From an uncultured candidatus Porisulfidus sp. (GTDB lineage Bacteria > Pseudomonadota > Gammaproteobacteria > Poriferisulfidales > Poriferisulfidaceae): a stretch of 64,000 bases of DNA. The position numbers and the translations under genes were made by a program. The notes below the pieces were generated by a model. It saw nothing but the letters and a program-made list of their open reading frames with translations, searched no databases and had not been told where the DNA came from. The stretch is taken from positions 407,490-471,489 of the forward strand of contig OZ220694.1 in assembly GCA_965116525.1 (NCBI GenBank). The letters are read 5' to 3'. This document shows positions 9,655 to 18,729 of this stretch, piece after piece. Each line of letters starts with the position of its first letter. The stretch's first letter is position 1.

Positions 9655-9825
9655 TCAGGACTGTGACTCCTGCGAACGGGCAACAAAGCCTTCCAGCAAA
9701 CCTTCCACCCGGGCCATGCGCTCGCGCAAGCCAGCCACGTCGCGATGGAGATTCCACAGAAATCCCAAGATTGCCACCAGCAGGACCATCTGGAACGAAA
9801 TAATCTGAATTGTTATGGTATCCAT
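9655..9825 (-). CDS. 56-aa single-TM/coiled-coil hypothetical protein (paralogue of 47890..48144)
   Basis: MDTITIQ...VLLVAILGFLWNLHRDVAGLRERMARVEGLLEGFVAR; the core is shared with the second copy. Confidence 0.7.
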   Translation of the reverse strand: MDTITIQIISFQMVLLVAILGFLWNLHRDVAGLRERMARVEGLLEGFVARSQESQS

Positions 9826-9920
9826 GATTTCATGTTCCGGTCGGGCAGCCTTATTTTTTCCAACCTTGAGTGTTTCGATCAACCCCTCGGAACTTCCATG
9901 TCCAGAGGGCATTGAAAGCG

Positions 9921-9929
9921 ATTGTAGCA
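9921..9929 (-). promoter_or_regulatory. Extended -10 element upstream of the small gene and lepA
   Basis: Minus strand TG-C-TACAAT. Confidence 0.4.
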
Positions 9930-10033
9930 CGGCCGTCCGGCACTCCGCTTCGCGCCGCCAGACACCCATCCGGGCAGGTTTTTCAAGCCTTTCGGAGGCT
10001 CCGGGACCCCCTCCTCCGGCGCGCCTCGCTGCC

Positions 10034-11455
10034 CTATTCAGGCGTCAGCGCCAACCACCGCGAACCCTGCTGTCGCTGCACCAGGATCGGCTGAGGCTGC
10101 CCTCCCTCGAGGTCTTCCGCCGCCTCCTTGAAGTCGTCCAGCGTCTCGATCTTCTGCCCGGCGAACATCTGGATCACGTCGCCCTTCTGGATTCCGGCGG
10201 AGCGCGCCGGATCCCCGGTCACTTCCTTCACCCAGACGCCTCCCTTGTCGAGATTGCGCTGCTTGCGCGCCTCCTCGGGCAGCTCCTCCAGGCGCATGCC
10301 CAGGATCTCCGTGTCTTCCGACGATCCCGAATCCCCGGACGGCACCGCCATCGGCGCCCCGTCGTCGGGCAACTGCCCCAGGGTCACCTCCACGGTCTTG
10401 CGTTCGCCGCCGCGCATGATCTCGACCTCGACCGTCTTGCCGGGCTTCACCTGCCCGACCATCGGCGGCAGTGCGCTGGAACTCTCCACTTCCCGTCCGT
10501 CGAACTCCAGGACGATGTCCCCGGCTTCCAGTCCGGCCTCGTCCGCCGGGCCATCCTCGGTGATTTCGGCGATGATCGCGCCCTTCGGGCGATCCAGTCC
10601 GAACGATTCGGCCAGGTCGCGGGTCACCTCCTGGATGTACACGCCAAGCCAACCGCGCACGACATGGCCGTCCTTCTTGATCTGCGCGATCACTTCCGAC
10701 ACCATGTCGATCGGAATGGCGAAGGACAGGCCCATGAACCCGCCGGTGCGGGTGTAGATCTGCGCGTTGATGCCGACCACGTGCCCGTTCATGTCGAACA
10801 GCGGCCCGCCGGAGTTGCCGGGATTGATGGCCACGTCGGTCTGGATGAACGGGATGTAGTTCTCGCTCGGCAGGCTGCGCCCCTTGGCGCTGACGATGCC
10901 GGCGGTGACCGAATGCTCGAAACCGAACGGCGAACCGATGGCGAGCACCCACTGCCCGACCTTCAGCTCCTCCGAATTGCCGAGCGTCGCGGTCGGCAGG
11001 TCATCCGCATCGATCTTCAGCAACGCGAGGTCGCTGCGCGGGTCGGACCCCACCTTCTCCGCCACGAATTGCCGCTTGTCGCTGAGCTTGACGATGATCT
11101 CGTCCGCCCCGTCGACCACGTGGTGGTTGGTCACGATGTAGCCGTCCGCGGAGTAGATCATCCCGGACCCGGTGCCGTGGCGCCGCTGCTGCGGCGGGCG
11201 CTGCTGCTGGCCCTCCGGCATCTGCTCGAAGAACCGGCGGAAGAAGTCCGGCATGTCTTCCGGGGCGTTCTGCGGCGCCTCCTTGCCGGTGGCGGAGCCC
11301 CCGACGTTGCGGGTCGTGGTGATGTTGACCACGACCGGCGCGTTCTTCTCGATTAGGTGGGTGAAATCCGGCAGTTCGCGCGCCTGCAGCGGCGCGAGCA
11401 GCATGGCAAAGCCCAAAGCGACAGTGAGGGTTCTTGAGGTCCAGGTCTGGAGCAT
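10034..11455 (-). CDS. mucD: DegP/DegQ (MucD) periplasmic serine protease with two PDZ domains
   Basis: TNHHVV, DLALLKI, QTDVAINPGNSGGPL, two PDZ domains, signal peptide; AAGGA Shine-Dalgarno before the ATG at 11455; located in the rpoE operon. Confidence 0.92.
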   Translation of the reverse strand: MLQTWTSRTLTVALGFAMLLAPLQARELPDFTHLIEKNAPVVVNITTTRNVGGSATGKEAPQNAPEDMPDFFRRFFEQMPEGQQQRPPQQRRHGTGSGMIYSADGYIVTNHHVVDGADEIIVKLSDKRQFVAEKVGSDPRSDLALLKIDADDLPTATLGNSEELKVGQWVLAIGSPFGFEHSVTAGIVSAKGRSLPSENYIPFIQTDVAINPGNSGGPLFDMNGHVVGINAQIYTRTGGFMGLSFAIPIDMVSEVIAQIKKDGHVVRGWLGVYIQEVTRDLAESFGLDRPKGAIIAEITEDGPADEAGLEAGDIVLEFDGREVESSSALPPMVGQVKPGKTVEVEIMRGGERKTVEVTLGQLPDDGAPMAVPSGDSGSSEDTEILGMRLEELPEEARKQRNLDKGGVWVKEVTGDPARSAGIQKGDVIQMFAGQKIETLDDFKEAAEDLEGGQPQPILVQRQQGSRWLALTPE

Positions 11456-11472
11456 CGGGGTTCCTTGAAAAA

Positions 11473-12468
11473 TCAATTGATGGAATCAGCGCTTCGATGG
11501 AGCGAATCGCCGATCATTCGGACGGTTTCGGCCGGCACGCCGCCGATCACGGTGACCTGGTGCCCGTCCCGCACCGTCACGTATCCGTTGAGCGCCTTGC
11601 GCACGAATTGCTGGCTCTTCACCTCCCCGTCCTCGGGCAGGCGGGTAATGAAGACCGAGATTCGGGACAAGGCATCCGCCAACACCATATGGTACACCGG
11701 CTCCGGGTTGTTCGGCAGCTTGCGGACCACCGCCAGACGCTCCTCGAAGCCCGGCGGCAGATCCTCGACCCGCCACCGGCCCGGTGCCGGCTGGGAGCCG
11801 TACGGCAGGTTGATCGTCTCGAAGCCGTGGATGTCGGTCGCCAGCCAGAAACTGTTCGGGGCGAACTCCTGGATGGACTCCAGCACGTCCAGGGACGTAA
11901 AGGCGAACTGCTCGATCTTCTCGCCGCTCGGCGTCACCATCCGCGCCCGCAGCGGCAGCCCCGAGGCGGTGTCCACGCAGAATTCGCAACCGTAGCGATA
12001 CTCGTCCTTGGAGGCGGCCATGACCAGCTGGCAGTCCCGCCCCGCGATCTTCTCCTTCCCCTGGACCTCGAGCTCATAGTGCTCATCCACCTGGTCGATG
12101 TCCATCTGGATGTCCGGAATCAGGCCCTCCGAGTCCGGGCGGCCGTGGATGACCACCCGCCGGTCGGGGAACACCACGGCGGACTCGTTCGCCCGGCGCA
12201 GGATCTCGCACTCCTCGCCCCCGGAGACCGAGACCCACCGCTGGTGGGTGTTGCGCCCGTCGAAGCCCTGCTCGATCTTCATCGTGCGCTGCGTCAAGCT
12301 GCCGTCGAGCAGGGACAGCGTGCCGGTGAAGTTGGCGCGCTCGGCCGCCTGGTCGGCCCGGACCAGCCAGCTCGCCGGGTCCGTCTCGCCCTTCGCCGTC
12401 GCGGCCAGTCCCACCAGAACCATGATCAAAAACAGTCTCCCGCAGGTCTTCGCGTAATCCCCCCCCAC
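11473..12468 (-). CDS. rseB: Sigma-E regulatory protein MucB/RseB (start uncertain)
   Basis: Signal peptide from GTG 12468; NFTGT, DEYRYG, D..SGLPLR and SD.LSRISVFI; follows rseA. Confidence 0.8.
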   Translation of the reverse strand: MGGDYAKTCGRLFLIMVLVGLAATAKGETDPASWLVRADQAAERANFTGTLSLLDGSLTQRTMKIEQGFDGRNTHQRWVSVSGGEECEILRRANESAVVFPDRRVVIHGRPDSEGLIPDIQMDIDQVDEHYELEVQGKEKIAGRDCQLVMAASKDEYRYGCEFCVDTASGLPLRARMVTPSGEKIEQFAFTSLDVLESIQEFAPNSFWLATDIHGFETINLPYGSQPAPGRWRVEDLPPGFEERLAVVRKLPNNPEPVYHMVLADALSRISVFITRLPEDGEVKSQQFVRKALNGYVTVRDGHQVTVIGGVPAETVRMIGDSLHRSADSIN

Positions 12469-12538
12469 GGAACAGACCGCACCCCGCGGCAAAAGTTCCC
12501 CGGGGCGGCCCGGCCGCCCGATCGTGCCCGGCGTCGTC

Positions 12539-13060
12539 TTACTTCTCATATTCCACCAACTGGGCATAGGGCATCAGCGCCCGCGGCTCGACTTCCGCGT
12601 GGGCCGCCAGGTAGCTCAGGATCTGCTGGTGCGCCTTCGCGTCCAGCTCGGATTGCGGGATTTCCGCGACCTGGTCGATCGGCACGTCGATCACCACCGG
12701 GACGACCGCCGGTTGCTTCGTGTAGAACCACAGCCCCGCCGCGACCAGCATGGCCATCAGGCCGCTGGCCACCGCCAGCGGAGCCGGATGCCGGATCCAG
12801 TGCCAGAATTCCTGCAGGGTATGGTGCTTGGGGGGGGAGGAGTGATCCTCGACGATTTTCTGATGGACCTGCGCGGCAAATCCCGGATACAGCTGTTCCG
12901 GAAGTTCGTTGCGCATCGCATCGCCGATCAGCAGGTAGCGGCCCAGGCGGCGGCGCGCCTCCGGCTCCCGGCTCAGGGTCCGGCTTCCCCGGGCCCGCTC
13001 GGCGGGCGTGAGCTCGTCATCCAGGTAGGCGGAGACCCACTCGTGGTCTTGGTTGCTCAT
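12539..13060 (-). CDS. rseA: Anti-sigma-E factor RseA/MucA
   Basis: SAYLDDEL...RYLLIGDAMR N-terminal domain, one TM helix and C-terminal YL..H; overlaps rpoE. Confidence 0.88.
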   Translation of the reverse strand: MSNQDHEWVSAYLDDELTPAERARGSRTLSREPEARRRLGRYLLIGDAMRNELPEQLYPGFAAQVHQKIVEDHSSPPKHHTLQEFWHWIRHPAPLAVASGLMAMLVAAGLWFYTKQPAVVPVVIDVPIDQVAEIPQSELDAKAHQQILSYLAAHAEVEPRALMPYAQLVEYEK

Positions 13061-13647
13061 TTGAGCCCCCCTGACGAGTCGTCCAACACCGGCCGCAATC
13101 GCTCATCAATGGCCTCTCGGGCCCGGAAGATGCGAGAGCGCACCGTGCCGATTGGACATTTCATGATGTAGGCAATCTGCTCATAGCTCATGCCTTCCAA
13201 TTCGCGCAAGGTGATTGCCACCCTTAAGTCTTCCGACAATTCGGAAATCACTTCGTTCACTATTCCGGCGACCTCCTCGGCCTCCACTTCGCCCTGCGGC
13301 GTGTCCAGGTCGACCTGCATATCGTCCATGCTCACCTCTCCGTCCTCATTCGGCGGCAAGGTATGCTCCGGGCGGCGGCGGGCGGCGGCCAGGTGGTTCA
13401 TCGCCGTGTTGACCGCGATCCGGAACAGCCAGGTGTAGAACTGGCTGTCGCCGCGGAAGGTCTTGATGTTGCGCCAGGCCTTGATGAAGGCCTCCTGAGC
13501 CACGTCCTGGCGGGCGGTGCGGTCGGCGATGTAGCGGCCGACCAGGTTCAGGATGCGGTGCTGGTATTTCTCGACCAGCGCGTCGAACGCGCCGGTCTCC
13601 CCCGCTTTGGCGCGGCGAACCAGATTCCGGTCGCTTCGGTCGCTCAT
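13057..13647 (-). CDS. rpoE: ECF sigma factor RpoE
   Basis: DVAQEAFIKA, FRGDSQFYTWLFRIAVN, LRELEGMSYE.IA and CPIGTVRSRIFRARE. Confidence 0.96.
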   Translation of the reverse strand: MSDRSDRNLVRRAKAGETGAFDALVEKYQHRILNLVGRYIADRTARQDVAQEAFIKAWRNIKTFRGDSQFYTWLFRIAVNTAMNHLAAARRRPEHTLPPNEDGEVSMDDMQVDLDTPQGEVEAEEVAGIVNEVISELSEDLRVAITLRELEGMSYEQIAYIMKCPIGTVRSRIFRAREAIDERLRPVLDDSSGGLK

Positions 13648-13768
13648 CTCGGCGCCTGGGATCGATCCGCCAAGAAAGGTTCTTGTGGGACTTCGTCAAG
13701 CACGCAGGGGGTCAATCAAAAGTTCAAACATTATAATCGGGGTTTGGCATAGCGGAAAGAGCGAAATC

Positions 13769-15412
13769 GTGGCGACAGACAGTGCGCCCGTGACCCACGA
13801 CACGGATATCCTGATCCTCGGCAGCGGAGCGGCGGGCCTGTGCGCCGCGTTGGAGGCGGATCCGCGCCTGCGGGTCACGCTGCTGTGCAAGGCGAGTCCC
13901 ACCGAAAGCTCGACGAACTACGCCCAGGGCGGCGTGTCGGCGGTGCTGGACGACAAGGACTCGGTCGCGCTGCACGTCTCCGACACGATCTCGGCCGGCG
14001 GCGGGCTGTGCCACCCGGAGGTGGTGCAGCGGGTCGCGGACCGCGGCGCCGCCATGATCCGGTGGCTGCAGGACCAGGGCGTGAACTTCACCCCCTACCC
14101 GCCCTCTGGCGGGCTGCACCTGACCCAGGAGGGCGGCCACAGCCGCCGGCGGGTGGCGCACGTCGCCGACCACACCGGCCGCACCATCCAGGAAGCCCTC
14201 ATGGAACAGGTGAAAAGCCGCCCCAACGTGGAGCTGCACAGCCACTGCATCGCGGTCGACCTGATCGTCCAGCGCCACGCCGGGGAGAACCGCTGCATCG
14301 GCATCTACGCCCAGGACACCCGCACCAACGCGGTCGACGCCTACCGGGCGCGCTGCGTGATTCTGGCGACCGGCGGCGCGAGCAAGGTCTATTTGTACAC
14401 CTCCAACCCGGACACCTCGTCCGGCGACGGGCTGGCGATGGCGTGGCGGGCCGGCTGCCGCGTGGCCAACATGGAGTTCATCCAGTTCCATCCGACCTGC
14501 CTGTACGACCCACGCGCCAAGTCCTCCCTGATGACCGAGGCGCTGCGCGGCGAGGGGGCGAAACTGCGCCTGCCCGGCAGCGGCGAGGAATTCATGCCCC
14601 GCTTCGACGAACGCGGCGAGCTGGCGCCCCGGGACATCATCGCGCGGGCCATCGACCACGAGATGAAGCGCCTCGGGCTGGACTACGTGCACCTCGACAT
14701 CAGCCACAAGCCGGCCGACGAGTTGCGCGAGGCGTTCCCGAACGCCTATTCGCGCTGCCTCGAATACGACATCGACCTGACCCGCCAGCCGATCCCGGTG
14801 GTGCCGGCCGCACACTACACCTGCGGCGGAATCATGACCGACCGGCACGGCTGCACCGACCTCCCCGGGCTGTACGCCATCGGCGAGGTGGCCCACACCG
14901 GGCTGCACGGCGCGAACCGGATGGCCAGCAACTCCCTGCTGGAATGCCTGGTGTTCGCCCATGCCGCAAGCGGGCACATCAACGAGACGCTGTCGCGGGA
15001 CGCGCCGCCCCCGGAGGTGACCCCGTGGGACGAGAGCCGGGTGTCGGACTCCGACGAGGAGGTGGTGGTCTCGCACAACTGGGACGAGCTGCGCCGCTTC
15101 ATGTGGGACTACGTAGGCATCGTGCGCACCAGCAAGCGGCTGGAGCGGGCGCAGCACCGCTGCACCCTGCTGCACGAGGAAATCAACGAATACTACCGGG
15201 ACTTCCGCATCTCGCGGGACCTGATCGAGCTGCGCAACCTCGTGCAGGTGGCGGACCTGATCATCCGCTGCGCGATGATGCGCCGCGAAAGCCGCGGCCT
15301 GCACTACACCCTGGACTATCCGGAACTGGATCCGGCGATGGACGGCTGCGACACCGTGCTGCACCCGGAGGCCGGGCGCGACCTCCCGCTTCAGGCAGCG
15401 GTCACGCGCTGA
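13769..15412 (+). CDS. nadB: L-aspartate oxidase
   Basis: [40 protein letters not shown] and [15 protein letters not shown]; divergent from rpoE. Start set at GTG 13769. Confidence 0.96.
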   Translation: MATDSAPVTHDTDILILGSGAAGLCAALEADPRLRVTLLCKASPTESSTNYAQGGVSAVLDDKDSVALHVSDTISAGGGLCHPEVVQRVADRGAAMIRWLQDQGVNFTPYPPSGGLHLTQEGGHSRRRVAHVADHTGRTIQEALMEQVKSRPNVELHSHCIAVDLIVQRHAGENRCIGIYAQDTRTNAVDAYRARCVILATGGASKVYLYTSNPDTSSGDGLAMAWRAGCRVANMEFIQFHPTCLYDPRAKSSLMTEALRGEGAKLRLPGSGEEFMPRFDERGELAPRDIIARAIDHEMKRLGLDYVHLDISHKPADELREAFPNAYSRCLEYDIDLTRQPIPVVPAAHYTCGGIMTDRHGCTDLPGLYAIGEVAHTGLHGANRMASNSLLECLVFAHAASGHINETLSRDAPPPEVTPWDESRVSDSDEEVVVSHNWDELRRFMWDYVGIVRTSKRLERAQHRCTLLHEEINEYYRDFRISRDLIELRNLVQVADLIIRCAMMRRESRGLHYTLDYPELDPAMDGCDTVLHPEAGRDLPLQAAVTR

Positions 15413-15948
15413 AACATCTGCCGGCGGTAATGCTCCAGCTCCCGGATCGACTCGCGAATGTCCTCCAGCGCCCGGTGCGCGGAGGCTTTCTGGAATTCCT
15501 CGACCTGGTCCACCGGGTACCAGCGCCGCGCCAGCTCCTTGAGCGTGCTGACATCCAGGTTCCGGTAGTGGAAGAAATGTTCCAAGTCCGGCATCCAGCG
15601 CGCCAGGAAGCGCCGGTCCTGGCAGATGCTGTTGCCGCACATCGGCGAGACCCCGCGCGCGACGTGCGCCTCCAGGAACGCCAGCGTCTCGCGCTCGGCC
15701 TGCGCTTCGTCGCAACTGGAGTTGCGCACCTGCTCGGTCAGGCCGGACGCGCCATGGTGGGAGGTGTTCCATTCGTCCATCCCGGCCAGGCACTCGTCCG
15801 ACTGGTGGATCGCCAGCACGGGCCCGGTGGCCAGCACGTCGAGGTCTGAGTCCGTGACGATGGTGGCGATTTCGATGATGCGGTCGGTCTCCGGGTTGAG
15901 CCCGGTCATCTCCAGGTCGATCCAGATCAGGTTTTTCTTCTTGGACAT
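15391..15948 (-). CDS. orn: Oligoribonuclease
   Basis: [37 protein letters not shown] and H.ALEDI.ES. Confidence 0.97.
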   Translation of the reverse strand: MSKKKNLIWIDLEMTGLNPETDRIIEIATIVTDSDLDVLATGPVLAIHQSDECLAGMDEWNTSHHGASGLTEQVRNSSCDEAQAERETLAFLEAHVARGVSPMCGNSICQDRRFLARWMPDLEHFFHYRNLDVSTLKELARRWYPVDQVEEFQKASAHRALEDIRESIRELEHYRRQMFQRVTAA

Positions 15949-16252
15949 GAGGCGGTGGCAGGTGTTCGTTCTGTTCGGCGCACTGGCTCTGTTTGACCTT
16001 CAGGGCGCGCAAGCGTTCGATGCGGGCAGTGTACATCAAGAACACTGCACCGCCTGCCATGCGCGCATCACCGGCGGCGACGGCACCGTGCTGTACCGCG
16101 GGGCGGAGGGGCCGATCGGGGATGCGGCGCAGCTACTCGCGCGCGTCGACCACTGCAGGAAGGGAGCGGGGCTCGACTGGACGGAAGAACACGTCGCGGC
16201 GATGCGCGACTTCCTGAATGAGCGGTATTATGGGTTTGGAATAGAAGAGTAG
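15947..16252 (+). CDS. Small periplasmic c-type cytochrome (green heme protein-like)
   Basis: Signal-like N-terminus, CTACH, a distal Cys (RVDHC) and C-terminal W.EE...FLNERYYGF. Confidence 0.7.
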   Translation: MRRWQVFVLFGALALFDLQGAQAFDAGSVHQEHCTACHARITGGDGTVLYRGAEGPIGDAAQLLARVDHCRKGAGLDWTEEHVAAMRDFLNERYYGFGIEE

Positions 16253-16340
16253 TTCGTGCGGCACTCCACATTCATGCCATGGACTTAAACGGATAAGCAT
16301 GAAATTACGCGGGCAACAGTAGCCTAGGGGAAAATTTGTA

Positions 16341-17795
16341 TCACAATTTACTTGCTGGAAGTTGTTCCTCACCATCTATATAAACAAGCTCAGGTACTTT
16401 CTTTCCGGCACGAGTAGCTTCATTTTTTCGCTTAAGAATTTTGTCGTATTTCTCCCCCATATTACCCACATCTATCACGACATAATAACCTTTCGCAGTT
16501 TCCTCAGCTTTCGTATATTTTGTAATTTGATTTTCATAACCACGAACAAGTCTGGTATTTTTTGAAAGTTTAATTTCCACAAGTACGCGGCTATCAAATC
16601 CTGAAGAAATTTTAAAATCCACTGGGCCATTTCCGGTTTCCGCCTCCGGTGTAATGTCCAGTCCGTTTGCCTTGCAATATGCGTATGCGACAGCGAAGAA
16701 AAAATGTTGCGCCACTCTTTCGTGGTGTGGTTTCCCTTTGCTATACAGTACCCTTGAAAATCGTCGCTCTTCTATTAGGAATTGGAATTGTTGAATAATC
16801 TTCTCGACAACAGCGGCAACTCCATCAACATCAAGTTGGATCGGGAGTTCTAATTCCAACGGTTCGTCCTTTGCTAGCGTCGAGATAAGCTTCCGCCAAA
16901 AGATCTGGCCTCCTGGATCCCCACTCATGTCATAGGGTACTGGGTCAACCTGTTTGAGAGCCATGAGTAATGTTTCGAATGCCTCTCTATGGGCAAGCGC
17001 TTGGTGACGGAGTCTTCGCTTATCTCTATCGGCCTCTTTTTCCCACATTTCTGAAATCTGAGTATTTACTCGATTTCGAATTGCTGCATTCTGAGAAGCG
17101 GCAACTGCCACCCCCGACCAATCCGTGGCAATAGGAAGATCCCGCAAAATATCAGTCGGAACCAAAACAACAGGCTTGGGACCTCTCTTAATATGTGGAT
17201 TAGTAGGAAGACAGGCGTGGTACTCTCTCCCATTTCTCAGGGTGATGGTCAATTCCTCACGCGGAACTGGTAGGTTGTCTAGAATACGGTGGTTGAATTT
17301 CAGCAACGCCTCAAAAATTACATTTGTAGTCATATCGCTTATGTGGTCTGGCCCGAAACCCTCCTCAAATAATCCCATAGCAACAAAAAGATCCGGGTCA
17401 TCAACACCAAGGTCTATGATTTCTTTGGCTGTCTGGATGATGCGATTAGTCGTTTTAGAGCCAGAGCCACTGCCTGAGACAGACGCCGCCCCGTAGCCTA
17501 GGCAGGTCCACTTGATTTCTGGAAACGATAGGAGTTTGTAGGCTCTACGCCAAGCTACATCTTCAGGACTTTGGGAAGCTCTCAGGAGTTTGATGATGGT
17601 TTTAAAATGTTCTGCGTAACTTTGGTAAGCATCGTGCTTTATTTCTCGATGTTGGCTATGCCCCAGTAGTAGAGGATCGATGAACAAACCCGTGTCGACA
17701 TTTAGGGTGGGGTCTAAAACACAGATTTTATCCAATTGCTTACTGTCAATACCGAAATGTTCAGAAAACTGAACCGGGTCTATTATCTTAGCCAT
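16341..17795 (-). CDS. AT-rich 484-aa protein with a C-terminal PD-(D/E)XK restriction-like nuclease motif
   Basis: E.ETGNGPVDFK...VLVEIKLS...YENQITKY; composition differs from the flanking genes. Confidence 0.6.
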   Translation of the reverse strand: MAKIIDPVQFSEHFGIDSKQLDKICVLDPTLNVDTGLFIDPLLLGHSQHREIKHDAYQSYAEHFKTIIKLLRASQSPEDVAWRRAYKLLSFPEIKWTCLGYGAASVSGSGSGSKTTNRIIQTAKEIIDLGVDDPDLFVAMGLFEEGFGPDHISDMTTNVIFEALLKFNHRILDNLPVPREELTITLRNGREYHACLPTNPHIKRGPKPVVLVPTDILRDLPIATDWSGVAVAASQNAAIRNRVNTQISEMWEKEADRDKRRLRHQALAHREAFETLLMALKQVDPVPYDMSGDPGGQIFWRKLISTLAKDEPLELELPIQLDVDGVAAVVEKIIQQFQFLIEERRFSRVLYSKGKPHHERVAQHFFFAVAYAYCKANGLDITPEAETGNGPVDFKISSGFDSRVLVEIKLSKNTRLVRGYENQITKYTKAEETAKGYYVVIDVGNMGEKYDKILKRKNEATRAGKKVPELVYIDGEEQLPASKL

Positions 17796-17954
17796 ATCGT
17801 CACTCCCCGTATAAGTCTATTTGTAGTAGTGATGGGTCTACGGGCTATTAAACGCAGGATATGGTGTCACTTTTAGGTTTTTTCAAGGGGCAGAAAATAC
17901 GATTGTGGGCTCAGTTCCACTAAAATGCAGACATGGCCAGAGGAAAGACCCAGA

Positions 17955-18716
17955 ATGACTGAACTGGAAATCCACGGCATCCTGGTCTGGGCGGTCCTCG
18001 CCATCGCGGTCCCGACCTTCCTGTACCTGATGCGCAGCACGGCCCCGTTCGGCCGCCACTATTCGGGCACCGGCTGGGGGCCGTCCTTCTCCAACCGGAC
18101 GGGCTGGATCGTCATGGAACTGCCGACCGTGGTGGTCTTCCTGTACGTGTATCTCTGCGGAGAATCCGCCTGGGAGGTCGTGCCGCTGGTGTTCCTCGTC
18201 ATGTGGCAGGCCCACTACTTGCACCGGACGCTGATCTTTCCGTTCCGGCTGCGCACGCAAGGCAAGCGGATGCCGATCGCGGTCGCCGCCTCGGGCGTCT
18301 TCTTCAACGTGATCAACGCCTACATCAATGCCCGGATCGTCTCGGAGTTCGGCGAATACGGCGTCGAGTGGCTGGGCGACCCCCGCTTCCTGGTCGGCCT
18401 TGCGGTTTTCCTTGGGGGGATGGCCCTCAACCTCCACTCCGACACGGTTCTGCTGCGCCTGCGCAAACCCGGCGAGAGCGGCTACGCCATTCCCCGGGGC
18501 GGCGGGTTCCGTTTCGTCTCCTGCCCGAACCATCTCGGGGAGATACTGGAATGGGCCGGCTGGGCGCTGGCGACCTGGTCGCTGGCAGGCTTCGCCTTCT
18601 TCGTGTTCACCGCCGCCAACCTGGTGCCGAGGGCCTACAGCCACCACCGGTGGTACCGGGAGAAGTTCGACGATTATCCGGCCGACCGGAAGGCCGTAAT
18701 CCCGGGAATTTTCTGA
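17955..18716 (+). CDS. 3-oxo-5-alpha-steroid 4-dehydrogenase (SRD5A/DET2-like)
   Basis: PFGRH, WIVMELP, HY.HRT, NLHSD..L..LRKPGE..Y.IP.GG.F..VSCPN..GEI.EW.G and HHRWY...F.DYP..RKA.IP; AGGA Shine-Dalgarno before the ATG at 17955. Confidence 0.88.
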   Translation: MTELEIHGILVWAVLAIAVPTFLYLMRSTAPFGRHYSGTGWGPSFSNRTGWIVMELPTVVVFLYVYLCGESAWEVVPLVFLVMWQAHYLHRTLIFPFRLRTQGKRMPIAVAASGVFFNVINAYINARIVSEFGEYGVEWLGDPRFLVGLAVFLGGMALNLHSDTVLLRLRKPGESGYAIPRGGGFRFVSCPNHLGEILEWAGWALATWSLAGFAFFVFTAANLVPRAYSHHRWYREKFDDYPADRKAVIPGIF

Positions 18717-18729
18717 ATAACCCGTCGCC

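Noticed and set aside
9598-9975. Short similarity on either side of small-gene copy 1 (CGCGCCAGACCCA versus CGCCGCCAGACACCCA) as an att/TSD
   Set aside because: It is too short and gapped to be significant in GC-rich DNA.
12500-12525. GC-rich hairpin GGGCGGC-CCG-GCCGCCC between rseA and rseB
   Set aside because: It is a single copy with no U-tract and is likely by chance in high-GC sequence; not a REP family on this evidence.
16253-17925. Target-site duplications or terminal inverted repeats around the nuclease islet
   Set aside because: No matching repeats were found at the two ends, so it is not called a mobile element.
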